A stretch of 64,000 nucleotides of DNA from Balamuthia mandrillaris (Eukaryota). Made by a program: the position numbers and the translations under genes. The stretch's first letter is position 1. Every line of letters begins with the position of its first letter. The notes under the pieces were generated by a model, which made no database searches, was not told the origin of the DNA, and worked only from the letters and a program-made list of their open reading frames with translations. The DNA lies in NCBI GenBank assembly GCA_031835245.2, contig JAVKOQ020000058.1, positions 62,001-126,000 of the forward strand. Direction: 5' to 3'. Positions 1 to 12,268 of the stretch are shown one piece after another.

Positions 1-1225
1 GCATCTCCACGCCGATCACCTTGTTGACCTCGTCCAGCTTGGAGATAATGTTGAGGCGAACCTCGGGGAAGTCGTCTTTCAGCAGCTGCAGGAAGAGGTC
101 CAGCAGGTGCTCCAGCGTTTTCTCCTTGCCAAACACAGGGGCCAATCCCATTATTACAGAAGCCAATGCAGCTAATTTTTTTTAAGGTTTGTTGGTAAAT
201 AATAGATAGAAAAAAAAGCAAGAAGAGGAGAAGAGGAATGCAAAAAGGAAGGAAAGAAACCTCTAGCGTGCTGTGAGCCATCTGAAACGAGTTCCTTGAT
301 GCAGGGAAGGATATGTTTAATAGATACTTCCACGGGCAACTTTTTGCAAACGCCGGTAACCTTGAAGGCACCCGCCGTCCTGACCTCTGCCTCTGTGTCC
401 TTCAACAAACGCACGAAAGCGGGCACGAGTTCTGCCTCTGTTGTCTCCGGTCCCAAAGCATCGCACAACTGTAATGCAGTTTACAAAGATTAGAAAGAAT
501 TGTTCTGAGTTTCAAATATGAACAAAAAAATATAAAAACAAAACAAAACAAAAGTTAAATAACACTTGCCTCGACAAACTTCTCGGCCATCATGTAGCGA
601 ACTCGCCATGATCGGTCAGTGGCACAGGCACGCACGATGGGAAGTACGTATGTGCTCCTCTCCTCCGCGTTGAACAGCTTGCCCATAGAGACGCAAGTCT
701 CAACGACGAGCAAGCGGACAGAGTCCTGCTCGTCTTTGGCAAGTTTATGGAAGATCGGCACCAGCTCCTCAATAATGTGTTCTTTGGATGCAGCAGGTAC
801 AAAGTTCTAAGAGATATTTAAAAGTTAGAACATCAAAAGCAATTAAAAAGAAAGAGAAAAGGAAGCAAAGGAAAGATAGAAAAAATATATACCTTCAAAG
901 CAGAAGAACTTGCCCGGCGGACCATTGGTGTTTCATCATCGCTTAATTTTTTGAACAGAGCGCGCATCTCCTTCTGGATTGCAGGGTCAGAAATGCGGGG
1001 ATAGGCAGAGGCAAAGAGACCGCAGGCAGAGGTGCGGCAGGTGAACCAATCACCAGTGGCCAAACGTTTGATAAGGGGGATAAAGTCCGAGTTGAAACGT
1101 GCGTCTGGCAAAACCTCTTCCACCAAGCAAAGTGACTCTACAGCCTACAAAAATAAATAAACAGAAACGGAATAAGTTCATGGCATTTGAGGAAGTGAAC
1201 AGGAAAAAGAGGGACTGGAGGGAGG

Positions 1226-1265
<40 letters not shown>

Positions 1266-1943
1266 GAGAGAGAGAGGGAGAGATGAAGAGAAGAGAAACT
1301 TACTTTTTCTCTTACAACAGTCTCTTCCACAGTGGCAAGCGTTTCCAATGGCGTAAGAAGGCAATAAGCTTCCTCAGGTCCTCCCACCAAGTCTACAAAC
1401 TTGCCCAATTCCTCCGCCAAAGCCAACAAAACCTCGTCTTCATCATCCACACAGTCTTTTTGTTTTTAAAGGAAGGAACAAAAAGCAGAAGGAGAATAGA
1501 TACCGAATTACGTTAATGAATTGACATTTAAAAAAGCAGACGGAAAAGGAACAAAGAAGGAGAGGAAAAGGAAAGAAAAGAAAGAGAGAGGAGACGAGGG
1601 AGGAAGAGAGGAGGGACGTAGAAGAAAGAGGAAGAACAAGGGGGAAAATAAAAATCTGTTGTTGGGTTGTTGATAAGAAGGAGAAAGAAAGTACCGTTTG
1701 TCAGGTAAGGAAGCAGCTCCGAGCGAGTCCGTTCGGGACCCAAGGCGCGGGCAATGGAGCCCAGACGATGGATGGAGTTCAGTCGGAGTTGGATGTCCTC
1801 ATTTTTAAGTTCGTCTATCAACAGCTGAATGGGAAGGAGAGAGTCGTCCCCTTTTTCGGCTGAGCAGTCGATAAATAGAACGGTGGAGAGGTAAGCGAAG
1901 CACCGACAAATTAAAAAAGAAGGGAAAGAATAACAATAGTACC

Positions 1944-1984
<41 letters not shown>

Positions 1985-2004
1985 CAACGCAACATACCGC
2001 TCAT
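1..2004 (-). CDS. PPP2R1A: Protein phosphatase 2A scaffold subunit A (PR65, HEAT repeats); multi-exon, 3' end runs off the window
   Basis: Spliced exons give [93 protein letters not shown] and SWRVRYM. The first coding exon is 7 nt (ATGAGCG|GTATGT). Confidence 0.97.
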
Positions 2005-2837
2005 TGTGTTTTTTTTAAATGTGTAAAGGTTTTGGTTTGGTGCCGCGGCTAGTTCTATGAACGTCCTACAAGGTAGCAGGGTTTTTTTTTTTTGGATGAG
2101 TTTGCGTTTTCGAATGATAAGAGGGAAAAAAAAAGACCACAACAGAAAAAACCAAATAAAAAAAAAACGAAAAAGATAATCAATCCGTTCCCATCACGAT
2201 TCACACCTCTCTCTCTCTTTCTCGTCAAATCGGATCAAAAAAAAAAGCATTCTCTTCTCCCACAAACACACACGAACAATCAAAAGCATGAACAGAAGAA
2301 TATAATAATAATAAAAAAAGAAGAAGAACAAGATGAACGCACTTTCAAAAAACAAACGTAGTATCGGCCGCTACTCGTTTCCTTCCAATCTTTCCCCCCT
2401 GAATTTTGTCCTCTATTTTTTTTCCCCTTTCGCAAAAGAAAGAAAAGAAAAAATTAACGCAGCGACCGCAATCAGAAAAAAAAAATGGCGGAGTTTGCCA
2501 AAAACGGGTCTCTCATTGGTTCCCGCTCAAAATAATTGTGAATACTTTTTCATGTGACCTCGATTTATGGTTTCGTGTCGATACCTCCATTTGATTGTGG
2601 ATTGGTGCAAAATTTCAAACCACCACTCGCGTTTCTGTTCGTAGGGTCAGATCAGATCATCGTGTCGAAAAAATATCGCAGCTGGCTGATAATCCAAGAT
2701 AAATTTCTGCTTAGTGAACGATAATAATCGTAAAGCAAAAGAAACAAAAAAAAAGCGCACACACATCGGAGAGCGGATCATCGATTGGAGTCGATTTTTT
2801 CCCCCTGTTGGACCTTTTCAGAAAAATAGAGCTCGCA

Positions 2838-2989
2838 ATGGACCCCAAAACCACCAACCTGCTTTACAAGAACGTGTTGAAGAGGAACTCCACCTTCATC
2901 TCCTTCGTCATCCTGGGCGCTGTTGCCACCGAGGTCTTTTCTGGAGCCTTCACCGACACCTTTTGGAGATTCATGAACCGAGGCGTTCG

Positions 2990-3035
<46 letters not shown>

Positions 3036-3151
3036 TCCCTTTTACATAATACTCATCAGAATTAAAAAATAATCTATAGAAACTGTGGGCCGACTTTAAG
3101 CGCGACGTCTACCCCAAGATTAAAGCAAAGAAAGAAGGAGGCGACGAATAA
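2838..3151 (+). CDS. QCR9: Cytochrome bc1 complex subunit 9 (QCR9/UQCR10), 2 exons
   Basis: LYKNVLKRNSTFISFVILGAVATE...DTFWRFMNRG|KLWADFK matches the family pattern (RNST..., N.GKLW.D). GT-AG intron ends at 3079; stop at 3149-3151. Confidence 0.9.
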
Positions 3152-3406
3152 ACACACAGAACGACAGATCGGATTAAGCGGTATTTTTTTTCTTGCGTGT
3201 GAGAGCAGACGTGATCTACATGTTTGTTTTGTTTTATGGAGTGGATAGGGAGAGCAGAGAGGTTTTTTTTTTTGTTGATTTTATGAAGGTGGAACTGAAC
3301 ACCACAACGAAGAAGAGGGGCAGTCTTCTTCTCCGGCTACACACACACAAACACACAGCTGCTGGCCAGCAGACTGAAAAAAAAAAAAAACGAAACCAGC
3401 TCGCTC

Positions 3407-3530
3407 TTAGGCAAACATGTCGTACTCGTCCTCCACAATGTCGTCGTAGGCTGCTGCGCTTTTGGCTGCTGGTGCTTTCTTCTTTCCTCCTTTTTTGTTT
3501 GAAAACAAACGAGAAGAGAGGAGTGAGAAG

Positions 3531-3581
<51 letters not shown>

Positions 3582-4834
3582 AGAAACGAAGAGCAAGAAG
3601 CTAAAAAAGAAGAGAATAAAGAAAGGAAGGAGAAGGAAGAATGGAAAGAAAAAGACGAACCCTTTTTCTTTTTGGTGGAGCTGGCCTTGATTTTATCGTT
3701 GATGAGGACGCCCACAAGAGCGCTCAGCTCCTTCAGATCTTCTGGAGTTACGTTGTTTGAAGATTCTCTGATCACTGTCTTCAACAAGTGTGTGTAGTGA
3801 TAACTTTCCTGTTGTTGTTAGGACTTCGGTTAGAGCTCATGAAAAAGGTGACAAAGGGGATGGACAGAAGCGCGGAAGAGCAAAGGAATGAGGAGAAGAG
3901 AAGAGGAGAACGAAAAGAGAACAAAGAAAGAGAGAACAAAACAAAAAAGAAAAGAGAAAATCAAGTGGACATACTTGGTAGGGTGTTAACTTTGCAGCCA
4001 CCATCTTTCCATATCTCGTAAAGTCTCTCTCCGTCTTTGGTTTGAAAGTGTCCAGCGTGGAGCCCTGCTCTCCTTCCTGCCCTTCTCCCGCACCCTCCCC
4101 CTCCTCTCCTCCAAACAGCGCCTCGTTCTCATCCTGGTTGATGCCAAAGGCCTCCATGGCGTTCTCCAAGTCGGCAGCCTCCACTCGGGCCTGACGAGCG
4201 GCCCGTTCCTCCTTGGAGAGGGAGTACTCGCCGAGAACGGGGGAGGAGCTTTCCGCCGCCCGTTTCTCCTGTTCTTCCTTTCTGAGCTTCTTCATGCCGG
4301 ACTTCTTCTTGGTGGAGGTCTTTTGAAAGTTCTTCTTCTCCCCACTGGCAGCTGGGGCAGCGCCTCCTTCAGGCTTGGGCACGCTGTCCCAGCTTTCCAG
4401 CACGTTCTCGGCCTCGTCTACTTCGTCGTCAAAGGTTTGGGTCGAGGTGGCCACAGAGGGCACTTCAAAGTCATCATCGTCTGCAACAGCCGTGCGAAGG
4501 AAAAGCAAATAGAAAAACGTGGAGGAAACGAGTAGCAAAAAAAAAAAGGTGAGAAATAGGATACGGTGAAGAGCGGGAGAGAAAAACAACAATAGAGATG
4601 AAATGAAGAACAAGAAGCATTAAAAAAAAATATAATAATAATAATCAAAAACGAGTAAGAACAAACACATAAAGGCAAACAGAAAAGTTGTTTTTGCAAG
4701 CAACAATACGATGCAGAGCGAAGGAAAAGCGAACAACATAGCACAACATCGAGGGGGAAAAAAAATAACAAAACAATGAAAGAAGGAAACAACGAAAGCA
4801 CCAAAACAAACAAAATAATATTACCCCATGACAT
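3407..4834 (-). CDS. EIF3J: Translation initiation factor eIF3 subunit J (Hcr1-like), multi-exon
   Basis: MSW|DDDDFE acidic start, ESWD, EERAARQARVEAADLENAMEAFG, FKPKTERDF, and C-terminal YDDIVEDEYDMF. Confidence 0.9.
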
Positions 4835-5262
4835 GGTTTCTGCTGCTTCTCGTTCTCTTTCCCTTGCTCTCTCCCCTTTGTTCGCTACCAAAGCAAAAAG
4901 ACACACAACGATGGTCTTTTTTTTTCCCCTAATCACTTCCCTCCCTCGCACAACTGGTGCTTTGCACTGAGTGCCTTTCTCCCGTGCGAACGCGCCTTTT
5001 TGAGAGTTTTTTTTTCCAAGTTGTGTGAAACTACTCCCCAAACAACAGGGTTGTCGACAATATATATTTTGAAATTTCGTGGAGATACTGGAAAGCGAGA
5101 ACCGGAAAATTTCCAAATGAGCTGCGTCGGATATTTTTTTATTTTTCCTGGTAGAGAGCGACCCTCATGTCAATTTTTTTTTGCTTTGTGTTCTGTTTTT
5201 TTCGCTCCGAACAAAAAAAAAAACCAAGTCAGAAAAAACACACACTCCTCTCACACAACACA

Positions 5263-5714
5263 ATGGTACGTTCCCGCCCTCTTCTCTTTGTCTATGCTGC
5301 GTTCGCGATAAATGTAGTAGCGAGAATACAAGATGAAGACCTATGAATACACTGAACTAACTCGTTCTTTTTTTTTTTGCTCTACTTTTTTTCACCCTCT
5401 CCCCTCTTCTTCACTCCCAGTCCTCAAAGCGATTGGTGCCTCTCTTTGATCGTGTGCTCATCCGCAAGCTTCAACCCCAAAAGACGACGGTGGGTGGTAT
5501 TGTGCTTCCCGAGTCCGCCACAAAGAAGGTCAACCAGGGCACAGTCGTCGCGGTGGGCCCCGGCGCTCGCGACAGGGAGGGCCGAATGATCCCAATGTCC
5601 GTGAAGCCCGGAGACAGTGTGCTGCTGTCCGAGTTTGGAGGCACCGAGGTGGAGCTCGGCGGTGAGGAGCTTGCCCTCTACAGAGAGGATGAGATCCTTG
5701 GCAAGCTCGAGTAA
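5263..5714 (+). CDS. HSPE1: 10 kDa chaperonin (Hsp10/Cpn10/GroES family)
   Basis: ATG|GTACGT intron to CCCAG at 5420, then SSKRLVPLFDRVLIRK...GGIVLPE...GTVVAVGPG...VKPGDSVLL.EFGGT...YREDEILG. Confidence 0.96.
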
Positions 5715-5964
5715 AACAACAAAGAGGACATCCACACTTGCCGCTGTTTTTTTCTCTATTTAATTTTTTTTGATCAATCTTTTTTTTTTCTTTTGTCGAA
5801 TTTTTTTTTTGTGTGGCCATTTCATCAGGACGTCATGAAAAACTTCCGGAGCGAAGGTCAACTACTGCTAACAACGAGAACCATTTGGTCACGATGGGTC
5901 GACAATTAATTAGCGTACCAAAAGAAAAAAAAAAGGGTAGTGACGACGCCGAGCACAAACAAAA

Positions 5965-7884
5965 ATGGCAGAGCAAGAACGAAAGGAGGAAGTATGCCCT
6001 CCTCAGGAGGAGGAGGAGGATAAAGAGGAAGCTCCTTCTTCTTCTTCTTCTTACGATGCTCCTATCAACCCTCCACTAGAGGAGCAACCCAATGATGTTG
6101 ACCAGAGTGATCCACCCCTGCGGCCACCGTCAACAACTCCTGCGTCAGGGGAAGAGGCCGCCACCAGTGCGTTACCCCCACCACAAAAAGAAAAAGAAGA
6201 AGAAGAAGCCACGCCACCAACTTCAACTCCTGCCATGCCCGACAAAGAAGGAGAGGAGCAAGAAAAAGGGTTGAAGCAACAATTGGAGGATTTGCGGGAG
6301 AAACACACCAAGGCGGTTCGTCTCTTCCAACTTTCCAAGAAAAAATGTGCCGACTACAACCGAGTGGTCGCCGAGAAGGAGCAAGAGAACGAGGAGCTTC
6401 GTGCCCTCCTCCAACAAAAAGGGGAGGCGGACCAGGCCCTCCAGGTTCGTGTGGCAGCAGCGGAGGCCAGAGCAGCCCGGCTGGAGCAAGAGTCCGCCGA
6501 GGCGCTCCGCAAGGCAGAGAAGGAGAGAGAGGAGATGCGAGAGGAGGTGAAGTCGCTGAGGGCTCGGTTGAGAGAGGAGAAGGAGTCAGAGGAAGCGCTG
6601 GAGAAAAAGGCGAGGCAGGAGCAGGAGGAGTTGAGGGAGGAGGCCAACTCGCTAAGAGCGCGGCTGGAGCAGAGGGAGAGGCAGTTGCAGCAGGTGAGGG
6701 AGGAGTTTGGAGCCTACAAGGTGCGAGCCACCGTTGCTCTTCATCAATTGGAGAGACAGAAGCAAAGTGGAGCAAAGAAAATAGATGAAGAAGTAGAAGA
6801 AGCAGAAACAGAGAAAGAAGAAAAAGGAGAACAAGAACATGAACAGAAAATGGAAGGAGCACATGAAAAGATAGAACAAGAGAATAGGAATGCACAGTCA
6901 AAAGAGGGAGCAGAAGAAGATAAGGAAAAGAGACAACGAACGAACAGTGTAAGAAAGAAGGTGGAGGAGAAAGAACAAGAAGATGAAAATGAAACCTTTA
7001 AGACGAATCCTTTCTTGGAAGCTACAGTACAAAAGTTGCAACGGAGAAACGAAGAGTTAGCTCAGGAGCGAGAAGAACTGCAGCAGCGGTTGCGAAAGGA
7101 GAGAAGAGAGCACCAGGACTTGATGAACGCCAAAGACAGAGCCCTGGAGGACCTTTGGCAAAGCGAACAACGGCACAAAGCCGCCATCGAACAACTGGAA
7201 CAACAAGAAAGAGAACTTCGCTCTCAACATTCTACTGGTAACTTTTTTGTTTTCATATTATTATCTTTTCGTTTTCTGTTATGCTGCATTTTTTAATTTT
7301 TTTGTTTTAACTTATTTTCGTTTTGTTGATGGATACAAAGAAATAATTGCGTTGAAGAAAGAGTTGGAGGACACAAGGTCCAGCTTGCAGGAGGAGTTGG
7401 CTTCAGTGCAACACAGGCAAGAAGCTGAACTCCAAGCCAAAGAGGAGGAGAACAGAAAGCTTAACAGAAAGATAACGGTTCGTTCGAATATATCTCTTCT
7501 CTTTTTCTTATTTCGCTGTTATTTCTTCATTCTGTTATTCGATGAAAGGACTTATAGGAAATGTCGTCAAAGGCATTGGAACAACGTATTCGTCTTTTAC
7601 AAGGCATGCAAGGATCCTCTTCAGAAGAGCATACAGAAAAAACAACAAAGCGCAATTCTCAAAATATAAATAAGACTGTTTTGGAGGCGAAATTTAACGG
7701 GACCTCAACAAGCGAAGAAAAAGAAGCAGTCGGATTGCAAACATCACCTGACCGATCTACCTTATCCAATGGAGCTCCTCAATATGCCAGTGGCATAGCC
7801 TTACCGTCTATCAAACTTCCACAAAGCACCCCATTACAGGCATTTTTTTCTTTTCTTCTTTTCCTCCCTCTTTTGTTCTCTTCT

Positions 7885-7932
<48 letters not shown>

Positions 7933-8215
7933 CTGCTGACAAATAACGTTTTTTTCAGGATGCCGCTCCTTCACTCTTGTTTTACGATCATTTGAAACGG
8001 ACTCAATCGGAGGAGTGTCAACGTCTGCGCCAACAATTGCAGGAAATGACGGAGAGCCTGTCAGACCATCAACGCATGGTGCAGTTGCTGCAAATGCAAG
8101 AGAGGGTCTTGAAGGAGGAGATCCGAGAAATGGAGCGAAATCATAAACGGACAGAGTTAAGCGAAAATGATATATCGTTCGTCTTCTCTCTCTCGCGCGC
8201 TCTCTCTCTCTCCCT

Positions 8216-8293
<78 letters not shown>

Positions 8294-8553
8294 TCTTATT
8301 TTCTTTAATACGCAGATATTTGAAAAACGTGATGGTAAAGTTTTTGGTCAAGCCACAAGAACATGAAGCGGTATTAGCGGTAATAGCGAGAATACTTCAG
8401 TTTTCTCCAGAGGAACAGCGGCAAATACAAGAAGCACGGAAGCAAGAGCGGAGTCTTTGGGACAAAGTTCGTATTTCTTCCAGAAATGGAGGCCTCTTTC
8501 CTTGGTCGCTAACCTTAAACAAAAGGTTTGGAGCGGAAGAACATGAGAGCTAA
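5965..8553 (+). CDS. GRIP-domain golgin (long coiled coil), multi-exon
   Basis: E/Q/K-rich coiled coil, EFGAYKVRA motif, and C-terminal GRIP domain YLKNVMVKFL...VLAVIARILQFSPEE. Confidence 0.88.
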
Positions 8554-8692
8554 GGAGCAAAAGGTGCTGTTGATGTTGTTTAAACGAACAGCACTTAAGG
8601 AAAATATGTACAGAAAAAAGTGGCAAATCTTCAAAGAAATAAGAAGAGGATCAAAGAAGTAGGAAGCAAGACACCGGCTTTATTCACAGCAA

Positions 8693-9994
8693 TTAGACGT
8701 ATGTGATCGTTTTGGCACGCTTTCTATTGTTTGCCATCATCATTTCCTGTTCTTTCCTCAACACCGCTTTCTCGTCTTCTATCATCTGCTCCATGCTTAC
8801 TCCGTGGCTCACATGCACCTTCTCAAAAGTCAATCCCTTTTCTGCCTCTTCTTCTATCGCTTTATTGTTCCTCTTCTTATTCTTCATCCTTCTCTCTTCC
8901 TCCTCCTCTTTCTCCCTCTCCTTCGCCCACAACTCCTGCAATATTCTCTCCTTCTCCTCTTCCTCTTCCTCCACCTCCTTCCTCTGCCTCTCCCACTCGT
9001 TCCATCTCTCCTCTCTCTCCGCCTCCTCTTTGACCTTTTGGCTAACACCCGCGATGGCATTCAGATCTTCCTGGATCTTGTTCAGCTCGAACTGCTCCAA
9101 CAACAGCGCTTCCCTCTCTTTCTCCGCCAGCTCCTCCAATACCGTCTCATCATCAGGATTCTCCTCGGCTCTTTCCCAGGCTCTCTCCACCTCCAGCAAG
9201 GCCTCCTTCTGTACTTGCTCCATCTCCTCCACCTCCCTCACGAGAGAGGAGAGACGTTGAGTCAGCTCCTCCAACTCCTTTTCCTCTTGTTTCAACGCCA
9301 TGACCTCTCTGTGCAGTTGCAGCTGAGCCTCCTCCAATTCTTTCTTACGAAGCGCGGCCATCTTTGCCAGCTCTTCTTTGTTGCTTTGGCGCTCCTCCTT
9401 TGTGATTGCTTTTGTGGAATCTTTCTGTGCTGTTGCATCGTTCCAGTTGTTATAGCCTTCTTCTTCATCGTAGTCATAGTTATTGGCGTGCTTATTCTTA
9501 TTCTTGGCCGTTTTCTTGCTTTGTTGCTGCTCTTCTTGTTCCTGTTGTTCTTGCTGCTTGAACTGTTTCTTGAGTTCGACGGGCAAACGTTCCCTCTCCA
9601 TTTCTTCGATCTTTCTGCGAAGAGCCGCTTTGCCTTCCTCGATCTTTCTCTGGAGGATCTCCTCTTCGCTCCATTGTTGTTGTTGTTTGTTGTTGCCCAG
9701 CTTGTTGTCATCGTCGACCACTTTCCATGCTTTACCTTTCTCGTAAGGCTCGTACCAAGGCGCTTCCTCCTCCTCCTCCTCTTCTTTGTCGTGATAGTTT
9801 TCAACAAAAAAGTCGTCCTCTTCGTATGCCTCCGTCGGCCCCCAAGCTAACAGCTTGCGCATGTGAAAGGCAACGGAGGCGGGCTTGTCCTCGGGAACCA
9901 ACGCCGAAAAACGTATCACCAATGTGAGGCAAAGCAATACCAAAAGGAGTGCTCCCATCCAGGCAAGGTTGCTTGCAACGAATCTTCCTGCCAT
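8693..9994 (-). CDS. Hypothetical protein with N-terminal signal anchor and acidic coiled coil; intronless
   Basis: Long open frame from MAGRFVAS with one hydrophobic segment (WMGALLLVLLCLTLVI) followed by an E/K/Q-rich helical region. No family recognised. Confidence 0.7.
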   Translation of the reverse strand: MAGRFVASNLAWMGALLLVLLCLTLVIRFSALVPEDKPASVAFHMRKLLAWGPTEAYEEDDFFVENYHDKEEEEEEEAPWYEPYEKGKAWKVVDDDNKLGNNKQQQQWSEEEILQRKIEEGKAALRRKIEEMERERLPVELKKQFKQQEQQEQEEQQQSKKTAKNKNKHANNYDYDEEEGYNNWNDATAQKDSTKAITKEERQSNKEELAKMAALRKKELEEAQLQLHREVMALKQEEKELEELTQRLSSLVREVEEMEQVQKEALLEVERAWERAEENPDDETVLEELAEKEREALLLEQFELNKIQEDLNAIAGVSQKVKEEAEREERWNEWERQRKEVEEEEEEKERILQELWAKEREKEEEEERRMKNKKRNNKAIEEEAEKGLTFEKVHVSHGVSMEQMIEDEKAVLRKEQEMMMANNRKRAKTITYV

Positions 9995-10151
9995 CTTCCG
10001 ACACACCGTGACTGTGCGTAAAGTATTCTTTACTTCGGTTTGTTGTTGCGCCAAACGACGCGATAACGAAAAAAAGGGTGATTCGTGACGTGGCAAAATT
10101 TTTGTGGACAACCCCGGTTCGAACCTCATCAATGGAGCTGCTGGATTCATT

Positions 10152-11106
10152 CTAAATAATTAAAAAAGGGATGTTTTGTTTATTTTGACGAAATAGAACT
10201 CCTAAAGGCTCAAAGATAAGAGCCAAATTACAAAGTTTACATATTACTATAAAGCACTTTTTATGAAACTCTATATTCCACCTCCAAGGAAGTTTGGTAA
10301 CATTAAACTGCTTTACTCTTTTTATCACTCTTTCAATGGTAGAGCACACAGCATGGATACAGTAATTAAGCAAGGTTATCCTTAGTTTGTTAGGCTTTTT
10401 TTCCAGGTTGAGGCACGAACCAAAAAGCCCAATCATGATAATAGGCCTTATTCCCTATTCCACACTCAAAAGGAAGCATCAATGGCTTGAGTTCCTTTGT
10501 GGCTATAGCAATATCTGAGGCTGCTCCTGGCCAAGGTTGAGAAAGATGAATAATTCATGGAACACCAATAGAACATACTAATTGATACTTAATTGTAGTT
10601 CCTTTGACTCCAGCTTGGTAACACCCCCTGCTATATTCATAAGGCTCTTCTATAAGAACTGTTGTGGTATCCACAAAGGATGGAACAGGGAATGCCCAGG
10701 CAATGAATCGGTCCTCAAAGTTGAACTGATAGAAAAAAATTACATTTTCAAATAAAACACAACAGTAAAACAGCAAAAGACAAAAAAAAACCTGTGGTAA
10801 TACTTCATCTATCAGCTTTAACGTGTACCAAAGCCATTTTTTGAAGGTTCGTTCATCCTTCACACCAAATCGGGACTTCAGAACTGACCAGGAAGAGCCA
10901 CTCGTTTTCAGAAAGAAAAGGGACCAAAGGAAATAATAGCCAGAGTACCCTCTCTTGGCTGCGTTCGGTGATATAAGGTCCCACAGCCATGCAACGGCGT
11001 CGCTTGGTAAGCCAAAATGAGCACGAAACTCTTTTTCTTCCTTGCTCCCGACCCACTCTTCTGCCTGTTCTCTCCAGTGTTCGCTGCTCCTTTTCTTTCT
11101 TCTCAT
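10152..11106 (-). pseudogene. DDE_Tnp_4 (Harbinger/ISL2EU-type) transposase, disrupted
   Basis: Motifs in order: FRAHFG, FLWSLFFLK, DERTFKKWLW, VDTT, IKYQLVCS, IIHLSQPWPGAASD, GNKAY (for DxxY), and N..I.....TIERVIKRVKQF...H...ICKLCN. Stops at 10555-10557 and 10390-10392, a frameshift near 10390, and a 66-nt GT-AG intron at 10791-10726. Confidence 0.88.
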
Positions 11107-11234
11107 GGTGATTAATTTAGGGCGTTAATTATTAATTACATCTTATTTGTGAAGAAGAGGGAAAAAGAAAGAAAAATTGGTAGGAAAGCAAACGTTCGGA
11201 CTCTCATGTCCACCCGCCATTTTTTGCAGAGAGT

Positions 11235-11273
11235 TTTTCGGTCCGAAAAGCAAACCTTCGGTCCGAAAAGCAA
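11235..11273. repeat. Tandem 17-bp direct repeat with palindromic core TTCGG-T-CCGAA, between the divergent transposon genes
   Basis: TTCGGTCCGAAAAGCAA at 11237-11253 and 11257-11273; a partial third copy (AAAGCAAACGTTCGGAC) lies near 11185. Confidence 0.85.
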
Positions 11274-11382
11274 CGCTGTGGACTAAGCAGCAGTTCATCG
11301 CCTTGCGTTAACAAAGGGGAACAGCTCCCTTTTGCATCTTCCCTGTTTTCTCCCTTCCACTTCTACACGAGAAGAGTGTTAA

Positions 11383-12268
11383 AGCCTGCGAAAGCACAAA
11401 ACTCAGCAGGAGGCTGACTCCTTTCCCACAAAGCGCAGCAAAGGAAGCACAAAAGCAAGCTCAGAACTGGCTCAACATCAAAAGGAGATTCAACCGTGGG
11501 TACTTGACCGACTTACACCCCAACAAATAGCAGAACGGCTTCGAAAGAAGTACAAGTACAACGATACGCAGGTGAATAGCAAAAAGGTATCAGACCGTAT
11601 TTCTTATTTAAAGAAAAACAGTCTCATCAAGCTTCCTTCAACCAACTCAAATGAAAACTTGTTAAAATGTACGTCCTTCTTTTCTATTTTTCATTTATGT
11701 TTATGCTTTGTTGTGGACGCTTTTTGAGGCTTTTGTTTTGGTTGTAGGGCAAGAGCTTAGTGATTCTATCACAAAAGCACACCTCAAACCAGACCCTGCT
11801 ACACAAGTAACTGAAGAAGAGCCATATGAAGAGGAAAAGCAGGAAATCATAGCGGCAAATGAGGCATTCCTTCTTCAGGAAAGAGAAAAGACAGCAGCTC
11901 TTCACTTCAAAGAGGTCGGGCTTTACTTTGAGCACACCACTCCCGATAAATACATCATGCTTATACCAAAGCAAGCTACTTCTTCAGTTTCAGTTCGCCT
12001 TGGCCAGCGTGCCCATGATAGAACAGAAGAATGGATCGAGTTGAAATGGAAGGTGGACCCTCCTCCAATCGAAGTGTTGGAACTAACAAGAAAAAATCCT
12101 ACCGAGTTTGCTTATCAGCAAAGAGAGGTTGTAGTTCGTCTTGTTCCTCCTGCCCCGATTGAATATCATCATCGTCAAATCCTTCGCTGGCCATCAGACT
12201 CAGACACCAAGTGGCTAGTGCTTATGCTCCCATGGAGAGTGAACGAGGATGATGAGCTTCGCTTGTAA
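11383..12268 (+). CDS. Transposon second gene: HTH-like N-terminus plus putative alpha-crystallin/HSP20-like C-terminal domain; start codon not identifiable in this copy
   Basis: Open frame 11383-11668 (EIQPWVLDRLTPQQIAERLRKKY...SKKVSDRISYLKK) splices in frame (GTACGT at 11669 to TAG at 11747) onto ORF 11708-12268. Confidence 0.65.

Noticed and set aside
5320..5368. snoRNA in the Hsp10 intron (ATGAAGA...CTGA)
   Set aside because: Boxes are only ~12 nt apart with no recognisable rRNA guide.
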